64,000 bases of DNA from an uncultured Armatimonadetes bacterium (GTDB lineage: Bacteria; Armatimonadota; UBA5829; DTJY01): the NCBI GenBank assembly GCA_963717145.1, contig OY970325.1, positions 160,001-224,000 of the forward strand, in the 5' to 3' direction. A model generated the notes under the pieces. That model had not been told where the DNA came from and searched no databases. It saw only the letters and a program-made list of their open reading frames with translations. Every line of letters starts with the position of its first letter. The stretch's first letter is position 1. Shown piece after piece: positions 1 to 9,558 of the stretch. The translations under genes and the position numbers were made by a program.

Positions 1-325
1 CGGTTGGTGCGATGAAACCAAGGGGATCGAAGTTGTATCCTGAGAACTCGATGTGTGTGCCGAATGTCGCCCCACTCGAGTACTCGTGCATGTTCATGTT
101 GTTGAAGTGCGACGGATATGTCTTATACACCTCGGACGGGTGTAAGCCTTCCAACTCCAGTTCGGCGCCGTATGCGTTGCTGGTGGTGTCATTGAACACA
201 TCGAAGTTGGACATCGTTCCGGAAATACCCACCAGAGCGAAGGCGGGTGTCAAACCTGTGGCGATGATCACAGCCGCTATGTAGACAGCCGTATTGCGAC
301 GCACCGCGCCGAGAATGCTAGACAT
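1..325 (-). CDS. Secreted protein, N-terminal part (runs off the window start)
   Basis: Read by hand: GGAGG RBS, then MSSILGAVRRNTAVYIAAVIIATGLTPAFALVGISGTMSNFDVFND...; open to position 1; signal-peptide-like N-terminus. Confidence 0.8.
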   Translation of the reverse strand, partial: MSSILGAVRRNTAVYIAAVIIATGLTPAFALVGISGTMSNFDVFNDTTSNAYGAELELEGLHPSEVYKTYPSHFNNMNMHEYSSGATFGTHIEFSGYNFDPLGFIAPT

Positions 326-618
326 GTGTATACCTCCTCTTGCTACCAGAATAGTTTCGGCCCCGCCGACGCGTGCCGATCTCACTCAAGGTCTTAGCTT
401 CCCAGATCATCCGCAATACCAAACGCGACCTTTGGAGGGTTTCTTTGCCGGTGCTATATACCTGCTGAATACACGAAACAGTTGCGAAACCCCGGAAGCC
501 TCGGGGAAGGTTCGCATATGCGGAAACCGGGTAGACAAGAGAGCAAACACTCGGGCACAGGCAACTACCAGGGAAGCGATCGCGAAGACGATCTGCCTGG
601 ACGAGAAAGGAGTCAGTG

Positions 619-975
619 ATGGGTAAGGCTGAGCACAAGGATTTCAGGTCGCCGGACGAGGTGCGGACCTTCCAAAAGGGCAAACTTGAGCTTCTGAATA
701 TAGGGGATGGGGTAGTGGGGAGACTCACGCTCGAACCAGGTTGGCGCTGGTCGGAGCACGTCAAACCGATCGCAGGGACGGAATGGTGCGAGGCTCCGCA
801 TTTTCAATACCAAATCGCCGGACGCCTGCATATCGTGATGTCCGATGGGACTGAGTTCGACTCAGAACCCGGGATGGTCACCAAACTGCCGTCCGGACAC
901 GACGGCTGGGTGCTGGGCGATGAAGAGGTCGTGCTCATCGACTGGGCGGGGGCCGGCAACTACGCGCAAGCATAG
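619..975 (+). CDS. Cupin-domain protein
   Basis: LEPGWRWSEHVKP...H.QY..GRLHI...LPSGHDGWV cupin motifs; AGGAG RBS. Confidence 0.85.
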   Translation: MGKAEHKDFRSPDEVRTFQKGKLELLNIGDGVVGRLTLEPGWRWSEHVKPIAGTEWCEAPHFQYQIAGRLHIVMSDGTEFDSEPGMVTKLPSGHDGWVLGDEEVVLIDWAGAGNYAQA

Positions 976-1021
976 CGCGTGGCCGTCCCAGGGAGTTCGA
1001 AACACAGCCTGCCGACGGCTG

Positions 1022-2518
1022 TCATGGCCTTCGACGTGGCGTCTGCATCTTGCTGCCATCGGCATATGGGATGTTGCCGGACGCATCAGTGGTGTAGCCC
1101 CAGGTATCGAGGTAATACTTCCGGGGGCGAAACGTGTCTCCGATGCGCAGCAGTGCCTTCTGGAGGCGGGCATCCATCTCCTTCTGAAGCGACTCGGAAT
1201 CCGACTGCCCGATGAGATTCTTCATCTGGTACGGATCCTGCTCATCGTCGAACAGCAGAGCGGGACCGTTGATGGTGCGAACGTAAGTGTGCCGATCGGT
1301 GCGAATGGCGCGGTATGGCGGCTCGTTCATGGCGCCGGAGAAGGGCGCCGGGAGCATGTACAGCGCGGTTCGATCCTCTTCGTTTTTCCCGCGAATCAGA
1401 GAAGCCAGACTGTCGCCCTCGAGTCCCTTCGGCTCCGGCACCTTGGCGAGTTCGAACAGGGTCGGCAGAATGTCTACCGTGCCGATGGGCGTCTTGACCA
1501 CGCGTCCCTTGAGTCCCAGTTCGGAGGGATACCGCAGCAGGAAGGGCACGCGAGCTGATTCGTCCCACGGGACTTGCTTGAACGTGGGCCTGAAGCCGTG
1601 AGAGCCAAGCATCTCGCCGTGGTCGGATGTGAACACGAGTATGGTATTCTCGGCCAATCCCGTATCCTCGAGTGTGCGCACTATGTCGCCGATGCAGGTA
1701 TCGAGCGCCGTGCAGTGGCCGTAGTATCCCTGGGCCTCCCTGCGGGAGATCTGCTGCAGGGCATCCGGTACGTTTGTCGGCAACTGAATGCTCTCCGGTG
1801 GGTAGAGCGCCTTGTACTCCTGTGGCGCGGTCTCATGCGGGAAATGGGGCGTACCATAGGAGACAAAGAGCGCGAAGGGCTTCCGGGTCTTGGCATGGTC
1901 CCGCAGATACTTCTGCGCATCTTTGGTCTGCGCGAAGGCGTCGTAGCCCTGCCAGTACTGAATCGCATCCGACCTGCCGGTGTAGTAGTGTGAGTGCGGG
2001 TAATTGTGGTCGCACTCAGCCGCCTTCCAGTATTGGAATCCCTGGCGTCGCTCAGGAGGGATATACGCGGAGCGTCCATGTCCATCCAGGTGCCACTTGC
2101 CTATGTAGCCGGTGTCGTAGCCGGCCTGATCGAGCATCTCAGCCATGCAGAGATGATCTTCGGGCAGGTACAGATCGTTCATGAACATGCCCGTGCTCGT
2201 CGGGTAACGGCCGGTCAGCAATGCGGCGCGATACGGCGTGCAGACAGGGCAGACGGAGATGGCGTTGCGGAAGTTGACGCTCTCGTGTGCCAATCGATCC
2301 AGGTTCGGCGTCTTCACGTTGGGATCACCCTCGTAGCCGGTAGCCGACGCGCGCCACTGGTCTGCGAGCAGGTAGACTATGTTAGGATGCTTCAAAGCCT
2401 TGCCGGTCTCCGCCGCGTTCATTAGTCCTCCCGAGCCGAGAAATCCAAGGCCGATCGCTCCCGCGCGCTGCAGGAAGGATCGCCTGCTTATCGAGTCTTG
2501 CCTATCCTGTCCGGCCAT
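1022..2518 (-). CDS. Sulfatase (formylglycine type) with Tat signal
   Basis: SRRSFLQ twin-Arg signal; PNIVYLLADQ, CTPYRAALLTG (CxPxR), GKWHL, SDHG. Confidence 0.92.
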   Translation of the reverse strand: MAGQDRQDSISRRSFLQRAGAIGLGFLGSGGLMNAAETGKALKHPNIVYLLADQWRASATGYEGDPNVKTPNLDRLAHESVNFRNAISVCPVCTPYRAALLTGRYPTSTGMFMNDLYLPEDHLCMAEMLDQAGYDTGYIGKWHLDGHGRSAYIPPERRQGFQYWKAAECDHNYPHSHYYTGRSDAIQYWQGYDAFAQTKDAQKYLRDHAKTRKPFALFVSYGTPHFPHETAPQEYKALYPPESIQLPTNVPDALQQISRREAQGYYGHCTALDTCIGDIVRTLEDTGLAENTILVFTSDHGEMLGSHGFRPTFKQVPWDESARVPFLLRYPSELGLKGRVVKTPIGTVDILPTLFELAKVPEPKGLEGDSLASLIRGKNEEDRTALYMLPAPFSGAMNEPPYRAIRTDRHTYVRTINGPALLFDDEQDPYQMKNLIGQSDSESLQKEMDARLQKALLRIGDTFRPRKYYLDTWGYTTDASGNIPYADGSKMQTPRRRP

Positions 2519-2717
2519 GTCTTCCTCCCCGGGCGAGCCGATGTCCGGCCTCACCATCTGGTTGGGCGAGCGGCCATGCTTATCCTTCTCCCTTCTCGTT
2601 TCCCGGGAGGACCAGCGGTATGAACTGGGGTCACAGTGAAACTCCAGAAAGAACGAGCCCCCGGCAGTCCGGACTGCCGAGGGCATCGAGTGTGATTCGA
2701 GATGTGAAGCGGAGAGG

Positions 2718-3311
2718 CTATGCCCTACGCCGTCTCATGCCGATGACTGCGAACAATCCTCCGGCCAATACCACAAGCGATGACGGCTCGGGCACGGCGG
2801 TCGCTATGACCCAGGGATAGGCTCCCAGTCCGCCCGCAGCGAAATCAAGAGGATGATTCTTGCTTTGGAACACCTGCCCAATATAGGCCGGCCATGGATT
2901 ACTGCCCTCAACCCACGGATCGCCGGGAGTGTACCACTCCAAGATTGCATTGAAACCGCTCACCTGGGTCGCGCCTGACAACCGGAGGTCTCCGAAACCC
3001 AAGGGATTGGAGGGATTGACCTGACTCAGCGTGATCTGTGTTGGGGTGATGTGGACGAAATACGGGTCGATCACGGCCGAGGCGACGGTGTACGAGGTCG
3101 CCCCCATGAGGGTGAATGAGGCGGAACCGATGACACCCGTCGTCCAGTCGGCGGTGATAGTTCCCGACACGTGGTCGGTACGACCGGTCGCAATGGTATC
3201 GGTCTGGAGGGCAGGGTAGTCGACTATGGAGTAAGCCTGCATTGTCGCCTGCGCAGCCGAACCGATCGCCAGCAGCACGATCGCTGTCATTACTACGAGA
3301 ACGCTCTTCAT
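2718..3311 (-). CDS. PEP-CTERM sorting domain protein
   Basis: Signal peptide MKSVLVV...; C-terminal VPEPSS + TM helix + RRRR. Confidence 0.9.
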   Translation of the reverse strand: MKSVLVVMTAIVLLAIGSAAQATMQAYSIVDYPALQTDTIATGRTDHVSGTITADWTTGVIGSASFTLMGATSYTVASAVIDPYFVHITPTQITLSQVNPSNPLGFGDLRLSGATQVSGFNAILEWYTPGDPWVEGSNPWPAYIGQVFQSKNHPLDFAAGGLGAYPWVIATAVPEPSSLVVLAGGLFAVIGMRRRRA

Positions 3312-3392
3312 CTCTTTCTCCTTCTGATCTACTGGGCCTGTGGGATCTGCCGTCCCCTTGCACGTGCCAGGTGTGCTGGCCCAGATACTCAC

Positions 3393-3420
3393 ATAGTATC
3401 ATACGCCAACGGCCTGTCAA
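3393..3420 (-). promoter_or_regulatory. Putative sigma70 promoter of the PEP-CTERM gene
   Basis: Minus strand TTGACA-N16-TACTAT, with TG extension. Confidence 0.5.
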
Positions 3421-3910
3421 TCCGACCTTAGTAGGGTTAGTATGCCTGATACGCAGAACCGGTAATATTACCTGCTCTGCCAACACCCAGTGGTCGATTG
3501 CCATGTGAGCAGAGGCCTGCCTGACATGCAGATGAACGCAAACCGACGAGCGTGCACAAGGCCATTGAGGACAACCTGCTAAGCGCATATCTTGCCCACG
3601 TGAACTCACTGACGTGAAGGCCGAATAGGAACGCAGATGAACAGCCCGCTGCCTCCGGCAACGCCGGGCGGGTAGTACTCGAACGAGGGGTTGTCCGCAG
3701 TATTTTGAGAAGAACATCCATCATAATATCGTTTGAATTAGCTACACAATGGAGACAAGTAAACAGATGACGGACTATATTCACCAGGTGCGTAGCTAAT
3801 ACGCAGATGGTGCGGTCGCATCGATGGTGGAGCTGCAATTACAGGGCATCGGAACCTCCACCGTTCCCGAGCCCGGCAGCCTGCATGAGAAGGAAAGGAT
3901 AGGGACTAGA

Positions 3911-5723
3911 GTGGAAAACCGAGTATCAGTGTTCTGCGCTGTGGCGATCATGATGATGATGGTGGTCGCGGCTACTGCTCCACAGGCAGTAGCCGCTATG
4001 GAGGATTTCTCCGGATTTACCACCGGCAATTTTTACCAACAGATTGTCGAGTTTGACTTGGGCTGGTCGCCGGCCAGCACCACCCTATGGGGAGGGGCAT
4101 TTCACCGAATGGCTTCAGGGATTATCGTAGATCTGGGTGGCACGGGCGGCAATGCACTGGAATTGCAGAACGTCGTAACCGGAGCCACCAATCCGATGCC
4201 ATCCTTTGCATCACCGGATCTTGGTCTGGGAAACGGCGTAATAGCCGGAGGGAATACCACGTTCTACTATTCGCTACGGTTCCGTTCATCCGACGACGTG
4301 CGGCCTACATTTGCGAGCGGGCAGGGGTACAACATCAACACGACCATTCGCTCGCAGATCATCCCAGGAGCGGGCGTTGCCAGGTCTGGGTGCCTGCAGT
4401 TTAGGGATAACTATGCGAGAGACGCCGAGGCCGGCAACACGTACACGGTGCGGGGGATTGGATGTGATACAGACTGGGTTTCCCTTCCAACCAGCACGTT
4501 CCTTCCGACCTACGGAACATGGTATCAAGCGTTCATGACTTACCACAGCAACCCCGGTTTCCGGGATGACACGGTGGACTACGTCATCAAGGACGAGTTG
4601 GGCAATACCTTGTGGAGTGAGTTGGGCCAGCCCGGTTGGGAAGGTGCCTGACTACGATGCGAGCGGGAACCCGAACTGGATGCCCGACTTGGGTCACGGC
4701 CTGCCGGAGTTGACGGGCATCGCATTCAACGTCAACTACCTGCCTCCAGGTAATGACTACGACTCGTACCCAGGCGGCATCTACCTGGACAACATGCAGT
4801 GGAGTGTGACTCTGGGTACGATCAACGTCCTCAAGTTCTTCGACCCCAATGGGAATGGCATCCAGGACTCGGGCGAAGTCCCGATGCCTGGCTGGACGAT
4901 CAAGTTGATGAAGATGGACTCAACCGGAGCTTACAATGTGGTCGGCACAGACACAACCGACCCCCAGGGCGAGACCTCGTTTGCCGATCTGGAAAGCGGC
5001 ACCTACGCTGTGACCGAGGAGTATCCCGGTCTGACTTGGACGAAGATCACCAGAGCGCCGGCGTGGTGTGATCGGCAAACCTCTGATGGGAAGTATCTGT
5101 TCACGAAAGCAAGCCTGGATGGAGGCATCTTCGACTTCGATTACTGCGGCTATGCCGGCAACGCCCCTCGCGTTGATGGTATAGTGGTTGGCACGGATGC
5201 GCATGACATCACATTTGGCAATGTGGGCTTGAAGATGGCAAGAGGTGGTTACAGCGTGAGCGATTGGTACAGGAAGAACAACAACTGGCTCAACAATTAT
5301 GAGCCCGCTTGGCGTCATCTCCTGAACGGATTCTGTCTTGTCGGACCTACGGGGAGTAGTTTCGATGTATCTTTGAAGAGTCGCTCCGGGTCTTCGGACT
5401 TCAAGACTTGGCTGCAGAAGGCTCAGGCGGTCAATATGGCTTACACGTTGTCGGCGCAACTGGCCGCAACTGCGCTGAACACGCATTTCAGAGGGCTGGA
5501 TCCCGACACAGCCATATTATTGCCGGCCTCACTGGCAACGTGTTACGGTAGTGAATTCGTGACCATCGGTGATGTGATGGCAGCGGCCGGCACAGCTCTG
5601 TGCAATGACCGATACACTCCCAAGGGTGATCCCAATCGCGCTCCGCAGGAGTGTTTGACGAACATATTGGCAGGGATCAACAACAACTCGTTCCGGTTTC
5701 TCTCACCAACACCGCAGATGTGA
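3911..5723 (+). pseudogene. Secreted protein with SdrD-B-like/prealbumin-fold domain, split by one frameshift near 4650
   Basis: Signal peptide from GTG 3911; first frame stops at 4651 (GWEGA*) and the protein continues in the overlapping frame (DYDASGNPNW...KFFDPNGNGIQDSGEVPMPGWTIKL). Confidence 0.6.
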
Positions 5724-5754
5724 GCATCAGACTAGTTGTGCCAAAGGACTGACT

Positions 5755-5796
5755 CACAACGAGTGGGACGGCAAGGAAGCCGTCCCACTCGTTGTG
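5755..5796. terminator. Perfect 18-bp hairpin, probable bidirectional terminator
   Basis: CACAACGAGTGGGACGGC-AAGGAA-GCCGTCCCACTCGTTGTG between convergent genes. Confidence 0.7.
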
Positions 5797-5868
5797 TTAC
5801 TTGCCTTGACCGTGCCGCGCGTGGTTGCATCATCCGCTTGGCAGGGAGAAACTCCATCTTGTGTTCTG

Positions 5869-5930
5869 TGGCGGAGGAACCGTGCCCTCCGCATAAAGTG
5901 CCGGCGGTGTTCTCTCAAGTCCAAGAGACC
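5869..5930. repeat. ~62-bp repeat, copy 1 (att-like, carries a variant of the ssrA 3' tip)
   Basis: Aligns to 8490-8552 with 8 mismatches and 1 gap; last 21 nt identical (TTCTCTCAAGTCCAAGAGACC). Confidence 0.8.
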
Positions 5931-5972
5931 CATGTGAGTTTCGGGAACAAGCTTCCCGAAACACCGCTCAGC

Positions 5973-7196
5973 TCACTTGGCGTTCTTCTCTAGGCAGAGC
6001 AGTGCTCCCTGGCCCGGCGCGAGCCAGCAGTCTTCGCCTCCAAAGTCATAGGTATTGCCGCTGTACGCATTCACCTTCTGAACCTGCCCATTCTCTTTGA
6101 ATGTAACCCCGAATGGAGTGGACTTGTGGAGGTCCTTGTTCACCACCATCACGTAGGGCTGTCCGCCCGGCCCCTCGAACTCGCCGACAAGAAGGTTATC
6201 GCCGGTTATGGATTTCAGCAGCTTGCTTGTCGATATGCCCGAGCACTCCGCAGGCACCTCGGGATGGTGAAACACATTTGTACTCTTGAGAGTGACGTAG
6301 ACCGGGCAGAGGCGCTGAACCTGCATATTGACGTCACGCAGCATATCCCAGGTCGGCGTCTTGTGCCCGAACGGATCGATCGGAGACAGGCGATAGTTGC
6401 CCCTCGTTCTTCCGAAGTAGGTGAAGTAGCTGAGGCCACGGCCGCCGTAGGCCATAGTCGTGTATGCCTGGAAACGGAAGCCCGCCGGTGTCGGCTCGGC
6501 ATAGTGGAAGTGCGCGCAGGACAGCACGGTGTTCCAGAATGGCAGGTTGTGCTTTAGCGATGCTTTGCGCATGGACTCGAGGTTCCGGTAATAACCGTCC
6601 CGCACCGTCCCATCGTCCATCAGCGGATAGAAATCGTAGCTAAGGAACTGGGGCTGGACGGTTTTGACGAACAACTCAACATAATCATCATAGGTCGGGA
6701 CGCCGCCATACCATTCGGTAGGCGCATAGTTGGGCAATAGATTGATGTAAGCGAGCGCGTTTGGAGCGGCCTTCTTGAACGCCGCAACCCACCTTGCCAA
6801 TCCTGGGAACACATTTCCCGCCGGCTCGTCGCGCAGTGTATAGCCAAACACAGCCTTATGATTGCCGACGCGCTTCACTATGGCTTCCACTCGCCGATCG
6901 ATTTCAGGCCGATCGAGTTTCGCCTCGGCGTCGCCAACACTGCTATACACCAGGCACTGGAGACCTGCCGTGCTAACCGTATCCAGGTCCTCCGGGTGCG
7001 CGAACCCCGCCAGGTTGAACCCGCACTCGCGAATGTCCCTGAGCACATCCACGTCGTCCGGCACATCGTCCCACGGGATAATGGCAAAATCCGATGGTTC
7101 AAGCATAGGTTTCTCCACCGTTGCCGCAATCATGGTTGTAGCCAGGATTGAGGCCAGACCGGCTGTCACTGCCATCAAGAATACTGTCTTTCTCAC
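5973..7196 (-). CDS. Secreted glycoside-hydrolase-like TIM-barrel protein
   Basis: Signal peptide; GYTLRDEP, YINLLPNY, LSYDFY motifs; paralog of 43263-44504. Confidence 0.7.
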   Translation of the reverse strand: MRKTVFLMAVTAGLASILATTMIAATVEKPMLEPSDFAIIPWDDVPDDVDVLRDIRECGFNLAGFAHPEDLDTVSTAGLQCLVYSSVGDAEAKLDRPEIDRRVEAIVKRVGNHKAVFGYTLRDEPAGNVFPGLARWVAAFKKAAPNALAYINLLPNYAPTEWYGGVPTYDDYVELFVKTVQPQFLSYDFYPLMDDGTVRDGYYRNLESMRKASLKHNLPFWNTVLSCAHFHYAEPTPAGFRFQAYTTMAYGGRGLSYFTYFGRTRGNYRLSPIDPFGHKTPTWDMLRDVNMQVQRLCPVYVTLKSTNVFHHPEVPAECSGISTSKLLKSITGDNLLVGEFEGPGGQPYVMVVNKDLHKSTPFGVTFKENGQVQKVNAYSGNTYDFGGEDCWLAPGQGALLCLEKNAK

Positions 7197-7233
7197 CCCC
7201 TACCTATCCTTTCCGCGTGCATATAACTGCGGA

Positions 7234-8373
7234 CTAGCTATCGAAGAGTCCAACACTTCGTGCCCTTTCGTAGTTCCCGGTTTCAGCGCTCGAGCAGGGA
7301 CCCCAGACGTAGGACTCGCGAACGGACACCTCCGGGCCGCAGATTTCCAAGGTGGTCTTTATCTTCGCTGTCACGAGATTCATAAGCTCTCGTGCTCCAA
7401 CAGTATCTCCTGATTTGAGACCCAGCTTCTGCAGAACCCGCAGATCCTTCAGTTGGTCTCTGGTATAGATCCATAGGCACATGTGCTTGTCCGGATCGTA
7501 GGCCGTGCAGGGATCACATACCATACAACAGCCTTCATTGAGCGTAACAGGTATGTCGGGGTTGTCCCGCATCTTAACGAGTATCTCGTGCAGATTGTCA
7601 ACATCGAGCGGATTCTCAAGATCGCCCAGACCATAGTGGCACATCAGACACATCAGGTGGTGTGGCCTTATAAACAGCCTGTCCGCTTGCTCTATTCTCT
7701 TACAAGACTCCGCCTTGGCTTTGCGCACTTCCTCTTTTGTTCTTATAGGCAGAAGTGAGTAGGGCCCGCAACCTAACAGGTCCTCTCCGAGGTTCCAACA
7801 TGCGTCCAGGGAGTAGCATCTCTCCCCGCCCTTCTCGCGAGTCTGTCTGTAGTAGTCGGTCCGAGCGTACTCGCACGTAGGCCAATCCTGAGACAGCTCG
7901 AAGTCCTGGTAGCATATTCCTTTGAGGCTCTCTACCTTGAGGAACAGCAACCGCAGCACATCTATGGCTGGGTGTACTGTGTTTGGGCGGATGTCGAGCC
8001 TGCAAAGAACCTCCAGGTCTTTGGCTCTATTGGCGTAGTCTGCCATGCGCGCAGAAAAACCCTCCGGGAGCTGAGCGTGACAGTCCGAGTTTATGTCCAA
8101 ATAATGCGAACGCGCCAGGTCGAGGTCCGCAGTCAGCTTGAGTTGTACGAACGGATGGGAGCGAATCGCCTCCCTTATCGCATCTGTCACGACGCTTCCG
8201 CACGGAGGTCTCTGAGCGCCGGCTGCCGCGCATATGGCGCAGAGCAAATGGTGCGCTCTCAGCTCGAACACTTCTTCGTCAGCACGCGTCTTAGCTTCGC
8301 TGGTGGAACATGTGTCAGGCACATCTACTGTATTGAACACATCCATATCAGGGTGATCTACATCGCGATCCAT
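7234..8373 (-). CDS. Cys/His-rich protein with two DUF1284-like domains
   Basis: Repeated LRAHHLLC / IRPHHLMC motifs; CCMVCDPC; GGAGG RBS. Confidence 0.65.
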   Translation of the reverse strand: MDRDVDHPDMDVFNTVDVPDTCSTSEAKTRADEEVFELRAHHLLCAICAAAGAQRPPCGSVVTDAIREAIRSHPFVQLKLTADLDLARSHYLDINSDCHAQLPEGFSARMADYANRAKDLEVLCRLDIRPNTVHPAIDVLRLLFLKVESLKGICYQDFELSQDWPTCEYARTDYYRQTREKGGERCYSLDACWNLGEDLLGCGPYSLLPIRTKEEVRKAKAESCKRIEQADRLFIRPHHLMCLMCHYGLGDLENPLDVDNLHEILVKMRDNPDIPVTLNEGCCMVCDPCTAYDPDKHMCLWIYTRDQLKDLRVLQKLGLKSGDTVGARELMNLVTAKIKTTLEICGPEVSVRESYVWGPCSSAETGNYERARSVGLFDS

Positions 8374-8441
8374 GCGGTTTCCTCCGACGTTGACGATCTC
8401 TTCGTCGGCTGCATCGTGGATTCCTGCAAGTCTCAAATGCC

Positions 8442-8469
8442 AAAAGCCCCGGCGATCACGCCGAGGCTT
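8442..8469 (-). terminator. Rho-independent terminator (minus strand)
   Basis: AAGCCTCGGCG-TGAT-CGCCGGGGCTTTT on the minus strand. Confidence 0.65.
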
Positions 8470-8489
8470 CTAGCCTCTAACTTGTAGAC

Positions 8490-8552
8490 TGGTGGAGGAG
8501 TTGTTCCCTCCGCAAAAAGTGACGGCGGTTTTTCTCTCAAGTCCAAGAGACC
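8490..8552. repeat. ~62-bp repeat, copy 2 (att-like, carries the ssrA 3' tip)
   Basis: Starts with TGGTGGAGG, identical to ssrA 9206-9214; about 86% identical to 5869-5930. Confidence 0.8.
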
Positions 8553-8584
8553 ATAGAAGGACTCCGCTCCAGTTCTCCCTTAGC

Positions 8585-9049
8585 TCATTCGTTAGCCAAA
8601 TCCCACCCAAAACCCAGCGGCGGGTCGTCATCCGTGCTCGGGTTGCCACCGGTCGACGCGTAGAGCGCGATAGCAGGCTCGTTATTGACGCCGGTAGTCA
8701 GAAACATCTTCCGGTGTCCTTCGTTACGGCATACGTCGATCATTGCCTGCATTACCATCTTGCCGATTCCCTCTCGACGCCGGCTCGAGATCACGCCAAC
8801 TTCGTGCACATACATCATACGCGTCCTGCCCCAGATGCACGGCATGCTGTAGCCTAACGCAAAACCGAGAGGCGCATCCCCCTCGTATGCCGCGACAAGG
8901 TAGTTACTATCCACAGCCAGAAAACCGGCGATGAACTCCGTGTCGATACGAATGTCCTCGCCGTCTTCCTCCAGTTTGCACTTATTCACGACATCGGCAG
9001 CCAGCCGCTCATCGCCTGGGAGCAGTCTTCTCGCTATGATCCCGGTCAT
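8585..9049 (-). CDS. GNAT family N-acetyltransferase
   Basis: VHEVGVISSRRREGIGK motif A; NEPAIALY. Confidence 0.85.
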   Translation of the reverse strand: MTGIIARRLLPGDERLAADVVNKCKLEEDGEDIRIDTEFIAGFLAVDSNYLVAAYEGDAPLGFALGYSMPCIWGRTRMMYVHEVGVISSRRREGIGKMVMQAMIDVCRNEGHRKMFLTTGVNNEPAIALYASTGGNPSTDDDPPLGFGWDLANE

Positions 9050-9124
9050 TGCGCACCATCTTACCTTTCGATTCTTGCAAAACGCACCTAAGTTGTAACG
9101 ACCTCCAGCGCTATACAAAGCAAG

Positions 9125-9157
9125 ACCACGCTCATATCGTCAGGACATGAGCGTGGT
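9125..9157 (-). terminator. Hairpin downstream of ssrA, probable terminator
   Basis: ACCACGCTCAT-N11-ATGAGCGTGGT, followed by CTTGCTTT on the minus strand. Confidence 0.6.
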
Positions 9158-9205
9158 GCGGCTCACTCACATGAACAAACAGAGACGATTAATAACTAAT
9201 ATTGA

Positions 9206-9558
9206 TGGTGGAGGCGCGGGGACTCGAACCCCGGTCCAAAGAATAGCGCACATAAGCATCTACGAGCGTATCCCGAGATTTGTTTTCTCGCGCTTCGGTC
9301 TCCCTCGGGCAGGATACCTCTGCGCCAGCTCGATTTAGTGTCCCCTTCAGGCTCCCCGAGCGAGGTCCGTCAGGTAATCCGGCATTAGTTACGCCTGGAT
9401 CCGATCCGGCCGGAGGGGATCGGGCAGACGGGCTACCTTATTAGGCGGCCAGTGCGTAGCTGTTTGTGCCGTTTATAGGCTTCCCGCTTTTAACGAGGCC
9501 AGCGGGTCCTCGGCGCGCAACTCATGCTGCTATCGCTCTGTCAACTCCATTCGCCCCC
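9206..9558 (-). ncRNA. ssrA: tmRNA (transfer-messenger RNA)
   Basis: 5' GGGGGCG pairs with 3' CGCCTCC-ACCA (G3:U); T-arm GGGGTTCGAGTCCCC; tag ORF GTNSYALAA-stop-stop at 9470-9438; ~353 nt. Confidence 0.96.

Noticed and set aside
340-520. Possible c-di-GMP-I riboswitch upstream of the first gene (GGCAAA on the minus strand)
   Set aside because: The GNRA-capped P2 stem and the GACGCAAAG/P3 elements could not be built.
3823-3832. GATGGTGGAG matches the ssrA 3' end, a possible third att site
   Set aside because: Only 10 bp, with none of the 62-bp repeat body; chance cannot be excluded.
4649-4651. Selenocysteine or readthrough TGA
   Set aside because: The in-frame continuation is not protein-like; the plausible continuation is in another frame.
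8474-8597. Integron attC (TAAC...GTTA)
   Set aside because: Does not fit RYYYAAC/GTTRRRY, has no long imperfect stem, overlaps a CDS, and there is no intI.
9206-9240. tRNA gene
   Set aside because: The T-arm and acceptor belong to tmRNA; there is no anticodon arm and a tag ORF is present.
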